Source: a virus (taxonomy: Duplodnaviria; Caudoviricetes). Taken from it: a stretch of 64,000 nucleotides of DNA. The notes beneath the pieces were generated by a model. It saw only the letters and a list, made by a program, of their open reading frames with translations, searched no databases and was not told the DNA's origin. Location: the IMG/VR virus record IMGVR_UViG_3300023435_000009. One strand, written 5' to 3'. The first letter of the stretch is position 1. Every line of letters starts with the position of its first letter. Below, in pieces: positions 39,337-48,462 of the stretch. Both the position numbers and the translations under genes were made by a program.

Positions 39337-42300
39337 AGGTTCTTCTCCGTTCCTGTTTTATGGTCGGTTCTGGCGACCCTAGAAAAGAATTGTACGATAA
39401 CTACTTCGTACTCCGCTCCTCAGGGTTGGAATTCAATACCAACGAAGATCAGGTGCTGTGGCGGCACGTCCAAGACTTTGTCAGGATGCACAACCACGTA
39501 CCGGACAACCTTTCAGTCCGCCATCACTTTGAACAGCTTCGGGAGGACGAGATCGTCAAGAGGCTGGCTCACCTGAGCAGTCTCCAGGTGATCACCCGAG
39601 GGGATTTCATCACCAGGGTGACGGATCTGGCCGAGGAACGTCGGATCCGTTTGGTCGGAGAAGTGCTCCAGGATGCTGCGGATATTGTCCGTGTAGGACG
39701 GGAGTTTCGTTCTGGTAAAGAAGTCCTCAAGCTCAAAGGCCCCGCCGCTGCCATCAAGTACATCCTGGACAAGAGCCACGACATCGTGGCCCCCACGTTG
39801 GGTGGGAAACTCAGCGGGGAGGTCACCAGGGACGGTACAGATTTCCAGGCCGAGTACAAAAAGATCGCTGAGAATCCTCGTGCGGGAGTTGGCCAGCATA
39901 CAGGCATCTTCCAGATGGATACGGCACTGAATGGAGCCAAGCGGCACGAGTTGTGGGTTCACGCCGCTTTTACAGGCGGGCTCAAGTGTGTAGCGGGAGA
40001 CACCCGTATTTTTGATCTTGCCACAGGAAAACTTCATACCGTTTTTGATCTGTATACCTTGGGACACGCCCCCCTTGTGCATACTCTGGATGAGAAAAGC
40101 TGGGAAATAACACGAGGACAAGCAAGTACCGTTGTTCAAAGTGGTGTGCGACCCATTTTTCGGATCACATCCAAATCGGGTAGGCAAATCAGGGTTTCCG
40201 GGAATCACCCGTTCCTGACACCTGAGGGTTGGATTAACGCTGAGGATCTCCAACCGGGTTCTTGGGTTGCAATGCCGGGGGGGATGCCGGGGTGCACTCT
40301 GCTGTCACCCTTCTCGGATGAAGAGATCGCACTCATTGGTTATTTGTTAGGGGATGGGCACATCAAGGATGACATTTCCTTTACTAATGGGAACCCTGAG
40401 ATACTGGATGACTTTGTTCGGTGTCTAAAGGCACTTGGTTACAAGGAGTATGCTGGGACTGTAAAGTCTAGGACTGCTAGTTTCCGTTTCATGGCTGATC
40501 GTCCGAGTAGTCGGATGATCCGGGTTTCAAAGTCTACCGGTAACAGTCCCAGACATCCTTGGACGTCTCCTCTTAGACTGACACTAGAAAGATTGGGGTT
40601 ATGGGGTTGCACATCAGGGGACAAACATATCCCCCTCGAAATGTGGCAGATGACGGACAAACAGGTGTGGGTGCTTTTAGCTGCTTTATGGGCTGCAGAC
40701 GGGACAGTTAGGACTGAGACATCCGGCAGAGGAAGGCGTCCTAGACCGAAAGCACATTACACGACAAAAAGCAGACGACTCGCCTGGGACATCCAAGCTC
40801 TTTTGCAACGAGTGGGTGTGTCCTCGACCATCGCTCCGATCAATGTTCTCTATCAGGGGGAGTACCGAAGATATTGGACTCTGTTAGTGACTACCAATGA
40901 GGGTAAGAGACAATTTCTGTCTCATGTCAGGATAGCAGGGAAGGGAGCTTTTGTTAAAGAAGCTCTTGCAGCAGTTTCTTCCAATGAGGGGACAGATTGG
41001 GTACCCCCTGCATTGCTCTCTGAGATAGATGACTCGGTAAGAGCTAAAACCCGCCAAGGGGGGTGGCACTATGCTCGACATGCTAAACGCAAAGGAGCGA
41101 TTCAACGTGACACCGCTGTTCGTTTAGCTTTGGCGTCAGCAAATCCGATAGCGCTTAAAAAAGTTCAAAGCACTATCCATTGGGATCGTTTGGTGGAGAT
41201 TGTTCCTGATGGGGGGGAGATGACGTATGACCTCTCCGTACCTGGTACCGCAAACTTTGTGGCTAACGGCTTCATTGTGCACAACTCGACCCTGATGTTG
41301 AACTGGGCATACAATCAGGCAATCTGGTACAAATGGAACTCTCTGATCTTCTCCTTGGAGATGCCCTATCAGCAGTGTCGACGTCTCTTGTACTCGATGC
41401 ATTCCTTCCACAGGAAGTTCGATGCAATCAGACACAAGATGGGGTTGCAAAAGGATCCCACCTCCGCCGTGGGCCTCCCCTACGTCAACATTCGAGATGG
41501 CACACTGGCCGAGTGGCACCCTGAGGCTGAGAAATTCTTAGAGGACTTTGTGATCCCGGACATGAACGGGATCCCCGTGATCAAGACCAAAGACCCCGAA
41601 ACGGGGCAGCCCTGGTTTTGTGACTACGGGAGGATCCACATCGAGGTGGCGGACCCGGAAAAAAGCGACTTCACCGTGATCGACATGCGGCAGAAAGCGG
41701 AACTGCTGTTCAGCCAAGATCCCTTCAGCCTTGTTTTTGTAGACCACGCCGGACTGATGGCCCCACGCAAGTGGGTTTCCAGCACCACCGACCGGCTGAA
41801 CGAGGTGATCCGGGATCTCAAGCGGATGGCAATGTCCTTTAACAAGGGTCAGGGTCTGCCCGTAGTGGCCCTGTTCCAGATCAATCGTGAGGGCTATCGT
41901 TCTGCGATGAAATCCAAGGATAAGGGTGGTGTGGCCCGCTATGATCTGACTCATTTGTCATATAGCAATGAGTGTTGTAAGTCCCTGACATTACTACGCT
42001 TTGCCCGTGGGGCCTTTCCTATCCGTGAAGCTGTGGTGGGAGACCGGGTCTGGTCCAATACCGGGTGGAAGGATGTGTTGGGGGTCTATCCTCAGGGAGA
42101 TCGGCCCATCTGGTGTGTTCAAACCGACAGAGGTTCTAAATTAGAATGTACCGCTGACCATCGTGTGCGGGTGTTCCGTGAAGAGCAACTCGAATGGGAA
42201 CAGGTGGAAAACCTGAAACCAGGAGACTGGTTGCTTGGTTCTCGTGGGGGATCCTTCCCAGAGGTGACTCCTGTACTTCCTGAGTCTTGGGGTAATACCG

Positions 42301-43490
42301 TATCTCTGAGTGATGACCTGGCATATCTGCTTGGGGCTTGGCATGGGGATGGTTCTGTGAGACCCCATGGTGTTGCCTTCACGGAGAATCGAAAGGAAGT
42401 CACAATTGAAAGGTTGCTCATAAACTCGCTGGAAAGGGTGCATGGGGCAAAAAAGGTCGCCTGTTACCATTATGCCAGTCGGCCAGGGTCCTTTGACATG
42501 GAGTTGTACGACGCATCCTTTAAACGTTGGTTCGAGGACTTGGCGGAAAAAAGATGTGTTGCAGTACCTCGGATAGTGCGAGAAGCATCCCAACAGTCTG
42601 TCATTTTTTTCCTGAAAGGTCTTTTCGATACTGATGGTTGGATAAACAATCGGGGTATTATCGGAGTCTCCTCCAAAACGGATTCTCTCTTGCGACAGGT
42701 CCAACTGTTGTTCCAGGCCATGGGGATAGATTCGCATTTGTCGTCACGGCAACAGAAGCTGGAGGTAACGAATAAATCTTACACTGTATGGACTTTGCGG
42801 ATAAGGGGTTGGGAATCTTGTTGCTCCTTCGTTCGATTGGTGGGTTTCAGTGAGCCCTGGAAACAGGAACGAGCGATGAAGCGGTTGAATACCGTGCCGA
42901 AGAGGAAACGTTCGGATCAGGTCTACCCCTTCCCGAAGATGTTCCGGGCACTCGTAAAAAGGCATCTTCCGTATCGCTTGGTTAAGGATGGGACTGTTCG
43001 ACGGTCCTTATACAATCAGGTGCATCGTGTGAAACAAAGGGGTGTCGTTCCTGAGGACACCGTGCGGTACGTCCTGGACGTGTTACACCGTAGAGGTGTT
43101 CAGGATGAGGATGCAACCTTCCTCCAACAGATGTTGGACAACTGGCATGTGCTACAGGTTGTTGCGTGTGATCCTACGGGGGAGATTGCCCCTGTGTATG
43201 ACCTGGAGGTAGGGGGGGATCACGAGTACCAGACGGGGCCGTTGCTCTCCCACAACTGTGAGCGTTCCGCTGATGTGGTGACGGCATCTTGGATCGATGA
43301 GGAACTGTCAAAGGCTAACCGGGTGCAGTTCCAATGCCTCAAATCTCGTGACCAAAAGCCCTTCGAGATGTTCAACGCACGGGTAGAGTGGCCATGCCGG
43401 AGACTTCTCACAAGCAGCGATCCGGTTATGTCAGCGCAGCAGCAGGAATCGGTAGGGAATCAATTGGACAAGATTAAGAAACTGGACTGA
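39333..43490 (+). CDS. dnaB: DnaB-like replicative helicase with two inteins
   Basis: TGIFQMDTALNG.KRHELWVHAAFTGGLK|STLM, SLIFSLEMP, LVFVDHAGL, VVALFQINRE, SYSNE|CERSADVV, QCLKSRD. Confidence 0.85.
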   Translation: MKVLLRSCFMVGSGDPRKELYDNYFVLRSSGLEFNTNEDQVLWRHVQDFVRMHNHVPDNLSVRHHFEQLREDEIVKRLAHLSSLQVITRGDFITRVTDLAEERRIRLVGEVLQDAADIVRVGREFRSGKEVLKLKGPAAAIKYILDKSHDIVAPTLGGKLSGEVTRDGTDFQAEYKKIAENPRAGVGQHTGIFQMDTALNGAKRHELWVHAAFTGGLKCVAGDTRIFDLATGKLHTVFDLYTLGHAPLVHTLDEKSWEITRGQASTVVQSGVRPIFRITSKSGRQIRVSGNHPFLTPEGWINAEDLQPGSWVAMPGGMPGCTLLSPFSDEEIALIGYLLGDGHIKDDISFTNGNPEILDDFVRCLKALGYKEYAGTVKSRTASFRFMADRPSSRMIRVSKSTGNSPRHPWTSPLRLTLERLGLWGCTSGDKHIPLEMWQMTDKQVWVLLAALWAADGTVRTETSGRGRRPRPKAHYTTKSRRLAWDIQALLQRVGVSSTIAPINVLYQGEYRRYWTLLVTTNEGKRQFLSHVRIAGKGAFVKEALAAVSSNEGTDWVPPALLSEIDDSVRAKTRQGGWHYARHAKRKGAIQRDTAVRLALASANPIALKKVQSTIHWDRLVEIVPDGGEMTYDLSVPGTANFVANGFIVHNSTLMLNWAYNQAIWYKWNSLIFSLEMPYQQCRRLLYSMHSFHRKFDAIRHKMGLQKDPTSAVGLPYVNIRDGTLAEWHPEAEKFLEDFVIPDMNGIPVIKTKDPETGQPWFCDYGRIHIEVADPEKSDFTVIDMRQKAELLFSQDPFSLVFVDHAGLMAPRKWVSSTTDRLNEVIRDLKRMAMSFNKGQGLPVVALFQINREGYRSAMKSKDKGGVARYDLTHLSYSNECCKSLTLLRFARGAFPIREAVVGDRVWSNTGWKDVLGVYPQGDRPIWCVQTDRGSKLECTADHRVRVFREEQLEWEQVENLKPGDWLLGSRGGSFPEVTPVLPESWGNTVSLSDDLAYLLGAWHGDGSVRPHGVAFTENRKEVTIERLLINSLERVHGAKKVACYHYASRPGSFDMELYDASFKRWFEDLAEKRCVAVPRIVREASQQSVIFFLKGLFDTDGWINNRGIIGVSSKTDSLLRQVQLLFQAMGIDSHLSSRQQKLEVTNKSYTVWTLRIRGWESCCSFVRLVGFSEPWKQERAMKRLNTVPKRKRSDQVYPFPKMFRALVKRHLPYRLVKDGTVRRSLYNQVHRVKQRGVVPEDTVRYVLDVLHRRGVQDEDATFLQQMLDNWHVLQVVACDPTGEIAPVYDLEVGGDHEYQTGPLLSHNCERSADVVTASWIDEELSKANRVQFQCLKSRDQKPFEMFNARVEWPCRRLLTSSDPVMSAQQQESVGNQLDKIKKLD
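39987..41285 (+). mobile_element. Intein 3 (LAGLIDADG), 433 aa, in DnaB Walker A
   Basis: CVAGDTRI...FVANGFIVHN followed by Ser. Contains LIGYLLGDG and LAALWAADG. Confidence 0.9.
41973..43256 (+). mobile_element. Intein 4 (LAGLIDADG), 428 aa, in DnaB motif H4
   Basis: CCKSLTLL...YQTGPLLSHN followed by Cys. Contains LLGAWHGDG and FLKGLFDTDG. Confidence 0.88.
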
Positions 43491-43501
43491 CGAGGACTAC
43501 A

Positions 43502-44851
43502 ATGAAAGACCTTTTTGACTTCCTTACCCCCGAGACGGACACCCCAGCGGAGACTTCGGTCAAGACCTCGGTGGAAACATCACAGGAGTGTCTGTTAGTT
43601 ACCCCTGAGTCCACCGCAGAAGTAGAACTCCCCCCTGAGGAGACCCCGATCGAGACTCCTGTGGAAACTCCTGTTGAGATCCTGGAGGAGACTCCAGTAA
43701 AGGCTCCGACTCCTGCTGTTGCAACAGGATACGAATCCAAGGAGGATCTGCTGGGTACCTGTTTGCCGCCGCAGACGGAGCCATGGGGTATCGAGGACTT
43801 GATCGACCCTGTACCTCCCGTTCAGGCAACGGGTTGGACGCCTCCAGAGGAGAAGCGGGACTTCGATTGGTCTACTCCTGAGTCCACCGCAGAAGTAGAA
43901 CTCCCCCCATATGCTTCGGAAGGGTGGACACCCCCGGATGATCTGATCAGCTATTTGTTGACCTTGATCTCCCCGCCGGACGAGAAGGCCCTTTATCTTG
44001 AGGACTTAGCGCTTATCAAGTGGGCTGAATGGGCCAAGCGCCCAGACAACTCGCTGTGCGGGTTGATCACACGGGGGACGCCCACCGATGAGCAGTCGAA
44101 GGAGTTGCACCGAGTCTTGAAACCTGGGGCACATCTCCTGCTTATCGCTCCTGATGCAGAACCGTGGGGATCGACGGGTGCTTGCAGTGTAGAGGATTCC
44201 GGGTTCGAGATCAGGGACGCCATTGCCATTGCCCTGCCGTTGGATGAGTTGGCGAAGCTTCCCTCAGCGAGCACACCACCTTGTCATCCTTTCCACTACG
44301 TTCCCAAGGCCGACAGGGGCGAGCGGGAACTGGGCTGTGATGCCCTGGGTGGGAAGAGCGGAGCGGAGGCCGTAGGTCGGAAGGAGGGGGACGCTGGAAC
44401 CGCTCACGGTGCGGCGGGGGCCGGGCACGGTAACAGCAGAATTCGGAACTTTCATCCAACGGTAAAACCCGTTGATTTAATGGTAAAAATCCTCCATGAC
44501 GTGCCCAAGACCCCTGAGGATTTCGAGGTGCCTACCCCCACGGTGGACACTAAGGCGTCGGACGTGCTGGACCCCTATATGGTCCTCGATCCCTTCCTGG
44601 GTTCCGGGTCCACAGGGCTGGCGTGCATGGAGACAGGCCACAATTTCAGGGGGATGGAGCGGGAGGAACCCTATTTGGAGATCGCCACCGCTCGGGCCGA
44701 ACTGTGGCGCAGCAGGCTCGGAGCGAAGAAGGGTTCCGCAACCCTTCTCGGTGACGAGGGAAGTCGTCCCATCATCATTTCGGACGTGGGCACCACCCTG
44801 TTGGTCACGGAAGAGCCTCAGGAAGAGCCTGAACTCGATGTGTTTTTCTAG
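43502..44851 (+). CDS. MTase module C: SAM-binding subunit (motifs X-I-II), DPPY absent, acidic N-terminal tail
   Basis: NFHPTVKP, VLDPFLGSGSTG and GMEREEPY are present. The remnant catalytic half (ELHRVLKPG, GFEIRD) has LITRGTP where DPPY should be. Confidence 0.8.
   Translation: MKDLFDFLTPETDTPAETSVKTSVETSQECLLVTPESTAEVELPPEETPIETPVETPVEILEETPVKAPTPAVATGYESKEDLLGTCLPPQTEPWGIEDLIDPVPPVQATGWTPPEEKRDFDWSTPESTAEVELPPYASEGWTPPDDLISYLLTLISPPDEKALYLEDLALIKWAEWAKRPDNSLCGLITRGTPTDEQSKELHRVLKPGAHLLLIAPDAEPWGSTGACSVEDSGFEIRDAIAIALPLDELAKLPSASTPPCHPFHYVPKADRGERELGCDALGGKSGAEAVGRKEGDAGTAHGAAGAGHGNSRIRNFHPTVKPVDLMVKILHDVPKTPEDFEVPTPTVDTKASDVLDPYMVLDPFLGSGSTGLACMETGHNFRGMEREEPYLEIATARAELWRSRLGAKKGSATLLGDEGSRPIIISDVGTTLLVTEEPQEEPELDVFF
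43604..43908 (+). repeat. 32-bp exact direct repeat (43604-43635 and 43877-43908) encoding PESTAEVELPP
   Basis: cctgagtccaccgcagaagtagaactcccccc is present twice in the N-terminal tail of module C. Confidence 0.9.
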
Positions 44852-44860
44852 GGGGACATT

Positions 44861-45583
44861 GTGGGCGCTTACAGTTGCACACAGCTTCAACTTGGGGACT
44901 GCACAGTGCTGATGGATGCTCTCCCGGAGGGTTCCGTGGGGGCCATCGTTTGTGACCCACCTTACGGCTTGGAGTTCATGGCCCTTGACTGGGAGAAACT
45001 TGGAGACAAAGTCCCCAAGTCCATCAGGAACTTCAAGGGGTTCAAAGAAGGCGATGGTGCCCTTCGGTTACCCAAGTATTCATCCACCTCTCGGTACAGC
45101 ACTCCCAACAGAACGTGTTCAGTGTGTGGTGGGATGGAGCGGGGGACACGGCGCAAATGTCCCTGTGAGAGACCCCACGATCATTGGAAGCCTATTGGGA
45201 AGCGGCGCAAGCTGCCTGAGGACACCCCAGATGGTGTGACAGGTGGTGGGATGCAGGATCATCTCCTGGCCATTGGTCTGTGGCACACTCTCTGGTTGAA
45301 GAGCGCCCTGCGAGTACTCCAGCCAGGTGGGATTGCTAAGATTTTCAGCGGAACGAGAACGTTCCACAGGCTGGCTTGGGCGATGGGAGAGGCCGGGTTT
45401 GAGATCCTACGGATCGATGCCTGGACCTATGGTTCAGGCTGGCCCAAGTCCCTGGATGTTGGGCGGTCCATGCGGAAACGGTTGGGTCTCCCTGATGACA
45501 GTCCCGTCCTGTGCGACGGATATGGCACAGCATTGAAGTCCTGCTGGGAACCTTTCCTAGTAGGGAGGAAGGCATTGGTATGA
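44861..45583 (+). CDS. MTase module A1 (DPPY catalytic half, no motif I)
   Basis: LQLGDC, CDPPYGLEFM, LRVLQPGG, YGSGWPKS. Ends WEPFLVGRKALV*. Confidence 0.85.
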   Translation: MGAYSCTQLQLGDCTVLMDALPEGSVGAIVCDPPYGLEFMALDWEKLGDKVPKSIRNFKGFKEGDGALRLPKYSSTSRYSTPNRTCSVCGGMERGTRRKCPCERPHDHWKPIGKRRKLPEDTPDGVTGGGMQDHLLAIGLWHTLWLKSALRVLQPGGIAKIFSGTRTFHRLAWAMGEAGFEILRIDAWTYGSGWPKSLDVGRSMRKRLGLPDDSPVLCDGYGTALKSCWEPFLVGRKALV

Positions 45584-46200
45584 GAAAACTCCTTCAGTTA
45601 CAACTCGGAGACAGCGCCCGATTGATGCGGGATCTCCCGGAGGGGTGCATCGGAGCCGTCATCTGCGATCCTCCCTACGGACTGGAATTCATGGGGAAGA
45701 GCTGGGATGCCCCCTGGAAAGAAGTGGGCATGGAACCGGAGAACACTGAGGAATACACGGGGTGTGCCTCCGACAGCCGTGCCTTTCAGGAGTGGGCAAC
45801 GATCTGGTTGCGTGAGTGCCATCGTGTCTTGCAACCAGGGGGCCTCATCAAGGTTTTCGGTGGCACACGAAAATACCACCGGATGGGTGCGGCGATGGTT
45901 CAGGCAGGGTTCGAGATCGAACGCCTGGAAGCCTGGGTTTATGGTTCGGGTTTCCCGAAGAGCCTGGATGTCGCCAAGGCCCTGGACAAGTCGCTTGGTG
46001 CTGAACGGGAGGTTCTCTCCACCCGCAAGGGTCATGGGAACACCGGCTCCGGGTGTTACAACTGGAACAACCCGGATGACCTGACTGATCGTTCTGTGGT
46101 CCCTATCACGGAGCCTGCCTCGGACAGCGCCAAGAAATATAAGGGATATGGAACAACGCTGAAACCAGCGTGGGAGCCCTTCCTGGTGGGGCGAAAATGA
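45580..46200 (+). CDS. MTase module A2 (DPPY catalytic half)
   Basis: ATGA-coupled. CDPPYGLEFM...YGSGFPKS. Ends WEPFLVGRK*. Confidence 0.85.
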   Translation: MRKLLQLQLGDSARLMRDLPEGCIGAVICDPPYGLEFMGKSWDAPWKEVGMEPENTEEYTGCASDSRAFQEWATIWLRECHRVLQPGGLIKVFGGTRKYHRMGAAMVQAGFEIERLEAWVYGSGFPKSLDVAKALDKSLGAEREVLSTRKGHGNTGSGCYNWNNPDDLTDRSVVPITEPASDSAKKYKGYGTTLKPAWEPFLVGRK

Positions 46201-46628
46201 TCGTGATCACCGTCGCCAGGAAGCCTTTAGAAGGTTCCGTTGCCACTAACGTGCAACGATGGGGCACAGGCGCTTTGAACATCGATGCTTGTAGACTGGA
46301 AATTGGGGACACAGAACGGGCAGTTATAGACAGTCGTAGCGGAGGTACCTCTGTTGACTATGACTGGCAGGGTCCAGTGGTGATGAGATCGGTTGGGGAA
46401 CGGTACACCTCACATGTTGCCGGAAGGTGGCCCTCTAACTTCATCCTCCAGGGAGATTGCTCCGTCAGGGAGTTAAACAATCAGAGTGGCGTTACGAAGA
46501 ACGGCGGGTCAAACGCCAACAAGTTGGTCGTTGGGCTGGGGGTCGTTGGCTGGTGTACCGGGAGTGCCACGAACTATGCGGGTGACGTCGGTGGGGCATC
46601 CAGGTTCTTCAAACAGGTAACGAGATGA
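46197..46628 (+). CDS. MTase module B1 (TRD-like middle segment)
   Basis: Starts MIVITVARKPL. Contains GTGALNIDACR and GRWPSN. Ends ASRFFKQVTR*. Confidence 0.8.
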   Translation: MIVITVARKPLEGSVATNVQRWGTGALNIDACRLEIGDTERAVIDSRSGGTSVDYDWQGPVVMRSVGERYTSHVAGRWPSNFILQGDCSVRELNNQSGVTKNGGSNANKLVVGLGVVGWCTGSATNYAGDVGGASRFFKQVTR

Positions 46629-47392
46629 TAACCCAGTTTCAACTTGGGGACTGTGTTGCCCTGATGAAGTCAATGTCCGAGGGGTCCGTAGGCTCCATCG
46701 TCAGTGATCCTCCCTATGGGCTGGAGTTCATGGGGATGCAGTGGGACAAGCTCGACACGGGCGACAGCCACGTTGGGCAGATGAGCAACAGCGGGTTCTC
46801 CACCGGCACCGGACCCAACGCTGGGCGACCCAACTATGGGGCCAGCGCCAACCTCAAGTGTCGGACCTGTAACCGCTGGCTTTGGGATCAGGAGAAGCGG
46901 AAGTGCCAGTGTGCCATTCCCGACCTTCCTAACTTCAAAGCGATCCAGAACAGGACCATCCAACAGTGGCATGAGGGCTGGTTGTCTGAGGCTCTTCGTG
47001 TCCTGCGGCCCGGTGGGCTCATTAAGGCATTCAGCAGCCCCCGGCTGTTCCACAGGCTGGCGACAGCGATGACCAATGCCGGGTTCGAGGTGCTCCGCTT
47101 GGAGGCTTGGGTGTATGGCTCAGGGTTCCCCAAGAACCACAACATTTCCAGGGCCATTGACATGACCAAGGGGGTCTTTGACCAGCGGAAGGTCATAGGG
47201 CACAAAAGGGGCGTCATGGCACTAGACAGTCTCGGTTTCGGTGGGATCGCACGGGGGGTGGTAGGGGCGCACCAAAAGGCCACTGACGTGCCCGTGACGG
47301 TCCCAGCGTCTCCTGAGGGTCTCCGCTTCTGGGGCTACGGAACTGCCCTCAAGTCCTGTTGGGAGCCTTTCGTGGTGGGGAGGCGGGCGTGA
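46625..47392 (+). CDS. MTase module A3 (DPPY catalytic half)
   Basis: SDPPYGLEFM, CRTC...CQC insert. Ends WEPFVVGRRA*. Confidence 0.85.
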   Translation: MITQFQLGDCVALMKSMSEGSVGSIVSDPPYGLEFMGMQWDKLDTGDSHVGQMSNSGFSTGTGPNAGRPNYGASANLKCRTCNRWLWDQEKRKCQCAIPDLPNFKAIQNRTIQQWHEGWLSEALRVLRPGGLIKAFSSPRLFHRLATAMTNAGFEVLRLEAWVYGSGFPKNHNISRAIDMTKGVFDQRKVIGHKRGVMALDSLGFGGIARGVVGAHQKATDVPVTVPASPEGLRFWGYGTALKSCWEPFVVGRRA

Positions 47393-47841
47393 TCATCATC
47401 ACAGTCGCCAGGAAGCCCCTGGACGGGACAGTTGTTGCTACGGTTCTCACATGGAGTGCCGGGGGGCTGAACATCGACGGTTGTCGAGTTACTGGTGTTC
47501 CACCCTCCGTCCCACAATGGAACAGAGCGGCTGGAAATGCTCCCTTTGACGCAGACGGTAGAAACGGCAGGATGTCTCAACCATCACAGTTGGGACGTTG
47601 GCCTTCTAACTTGATCCTCTCCCATGCACCCGGTTGCGGAGTAGACTGTGAAGGAGGTTGTCCCGTGTCCGAGATGGCTCGCCAGGGAGACCTTGTGGGA
47701 AGCCACAGTGCAGGAAGTCAGAAGGCTCCGCAATATGGTCCGAGTCAGCATCCCGATTGGTTGTTCAATGGTTTCGGTGCAAATGCCCGCATAGGGGATA
47801 CAGGCTCTGCGGCTCGGTTCTTCAAACAGGTGAAGCGATGA
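47389..47841 (+). CDS. MTase module B2 (TRD-like)
   Basis: GTG start coupled to the A3 stop. IITVARKPL...LNIDGCR...GRWPSN...RFFKQVKR*. Confidence 0.8.
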   Translation: MIIITVARKPLDGTVVATVLTWSAGGLNIDGCRVTGVPPSVPQWNRAAGNAPFDADGRNGRMSQPSQLGRWPSNLILSHAPGCGVDCEGGCPVSEMARQGDLVGSHSAGSQKAPQYGPSQHPDWLFNGFGANARIGDTGSAARFFKQVKR

Positions 47842-48302
47842 TCGTGATCACCGTCGCCAGGAAGCCTTTAGAAGGTTCCGTTGCCACCAACGTGCAACGA
47901 TGGGGCACAGGCGCTTTGAACATCGATGCTTGTCGGGTCGGCTCGGAACCGATTACGGTCAACAGGTGGGATGACGGCTCTAAGCCCTTCGGCGGGGGTG
48001 CCGGGCACTCCTACCACCCCGAGACCTTCACGGGCCGCTGGCCTGCTAACCTGATCCTCTCCCATGCACCTGGCTGCGGAGTAGACTGTGAGGGGGATTG
48101 TCCCGTGCCTGAGATGTCCCACCAGGGGGCGCTTGTGGGTGCTCACAGTGCAGGAAGCCAAAGGGCACCTCAGTACGGTTTGAGTCAGCATCCCGATTGG
48201 TTGTTCAATGGTTTCGGCGCAAACGCCCGAGTAGGGGACACAGGCTCGGTGGCTCGGTTTTTCAAACAGGTGAGTGATTCCCATGCCAATGTACGAATAT
48301 AG
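47838..48302 (+). CDS. MTase module B3 (TRD-like; B1/B2 chimera)
   Basis: First 96 bp are nearly identical to B1. Last 222 bp are colinear with B2. Confidence 0.8.
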   Translation: MIVITVARKPLEGSVATNVQRWGTGALNIDACRVGSEPITVNRWDDGSKPFGGGAGHSYHPETFTGRWPANLILSHAPGCGVDCEGDCPVPEMSHQGALVGAHSAGSQRAPQYGLSQHPDWLFNGFGANARVGDTGSVARFFKQVSDSHANVRI

Positions 48303-48462
48303 CTGCCCTGATTGCGAGCATGATTTTGAACAGCTTGTCAAAGTAGACGACCCGACCCTTCCCTGTCCCAAGTGCGGGGGGGACCAGGTCCAGAAGAAGG
48401 TCTCCCAGTCCACCTTCAAGCTGGCAGGCGGCGGCTGGGCAAACGACGGATACTCCTCATGA
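48283..48462 (+). CDS. FmdB-family zinc-ribbon protein
   Basis: MPMYEYSCPDC...CPKCGG...KKVS...F...GGGW...Y is the canonical FmdB/CxxC_CxxC_SSSS pattern. Confidence 0.85.
   Translation: MPMYEYSCPDCEHDFEQLVKVDDPTLPCPKCGGDQVQKKVSQSTFKLAGGGWANDGYSS

Noticed and set aside
43502-43530. Sliding-clamp-binding motif in MKDLFDFL (module C) and IDVFNFF (PolA N-terminus)
   Set aside because: Too short and lacking the Gln of QLxLF. It cannot be distinguished from chance without homolog conservation.
47612-48273. DGR template/variable repeat pair (B2 vs B3)
   Set aside because: Mismatches occur at all four bases (many C/T and G/T), not only at adenines, and no reverse transcriptase is visible in the window.
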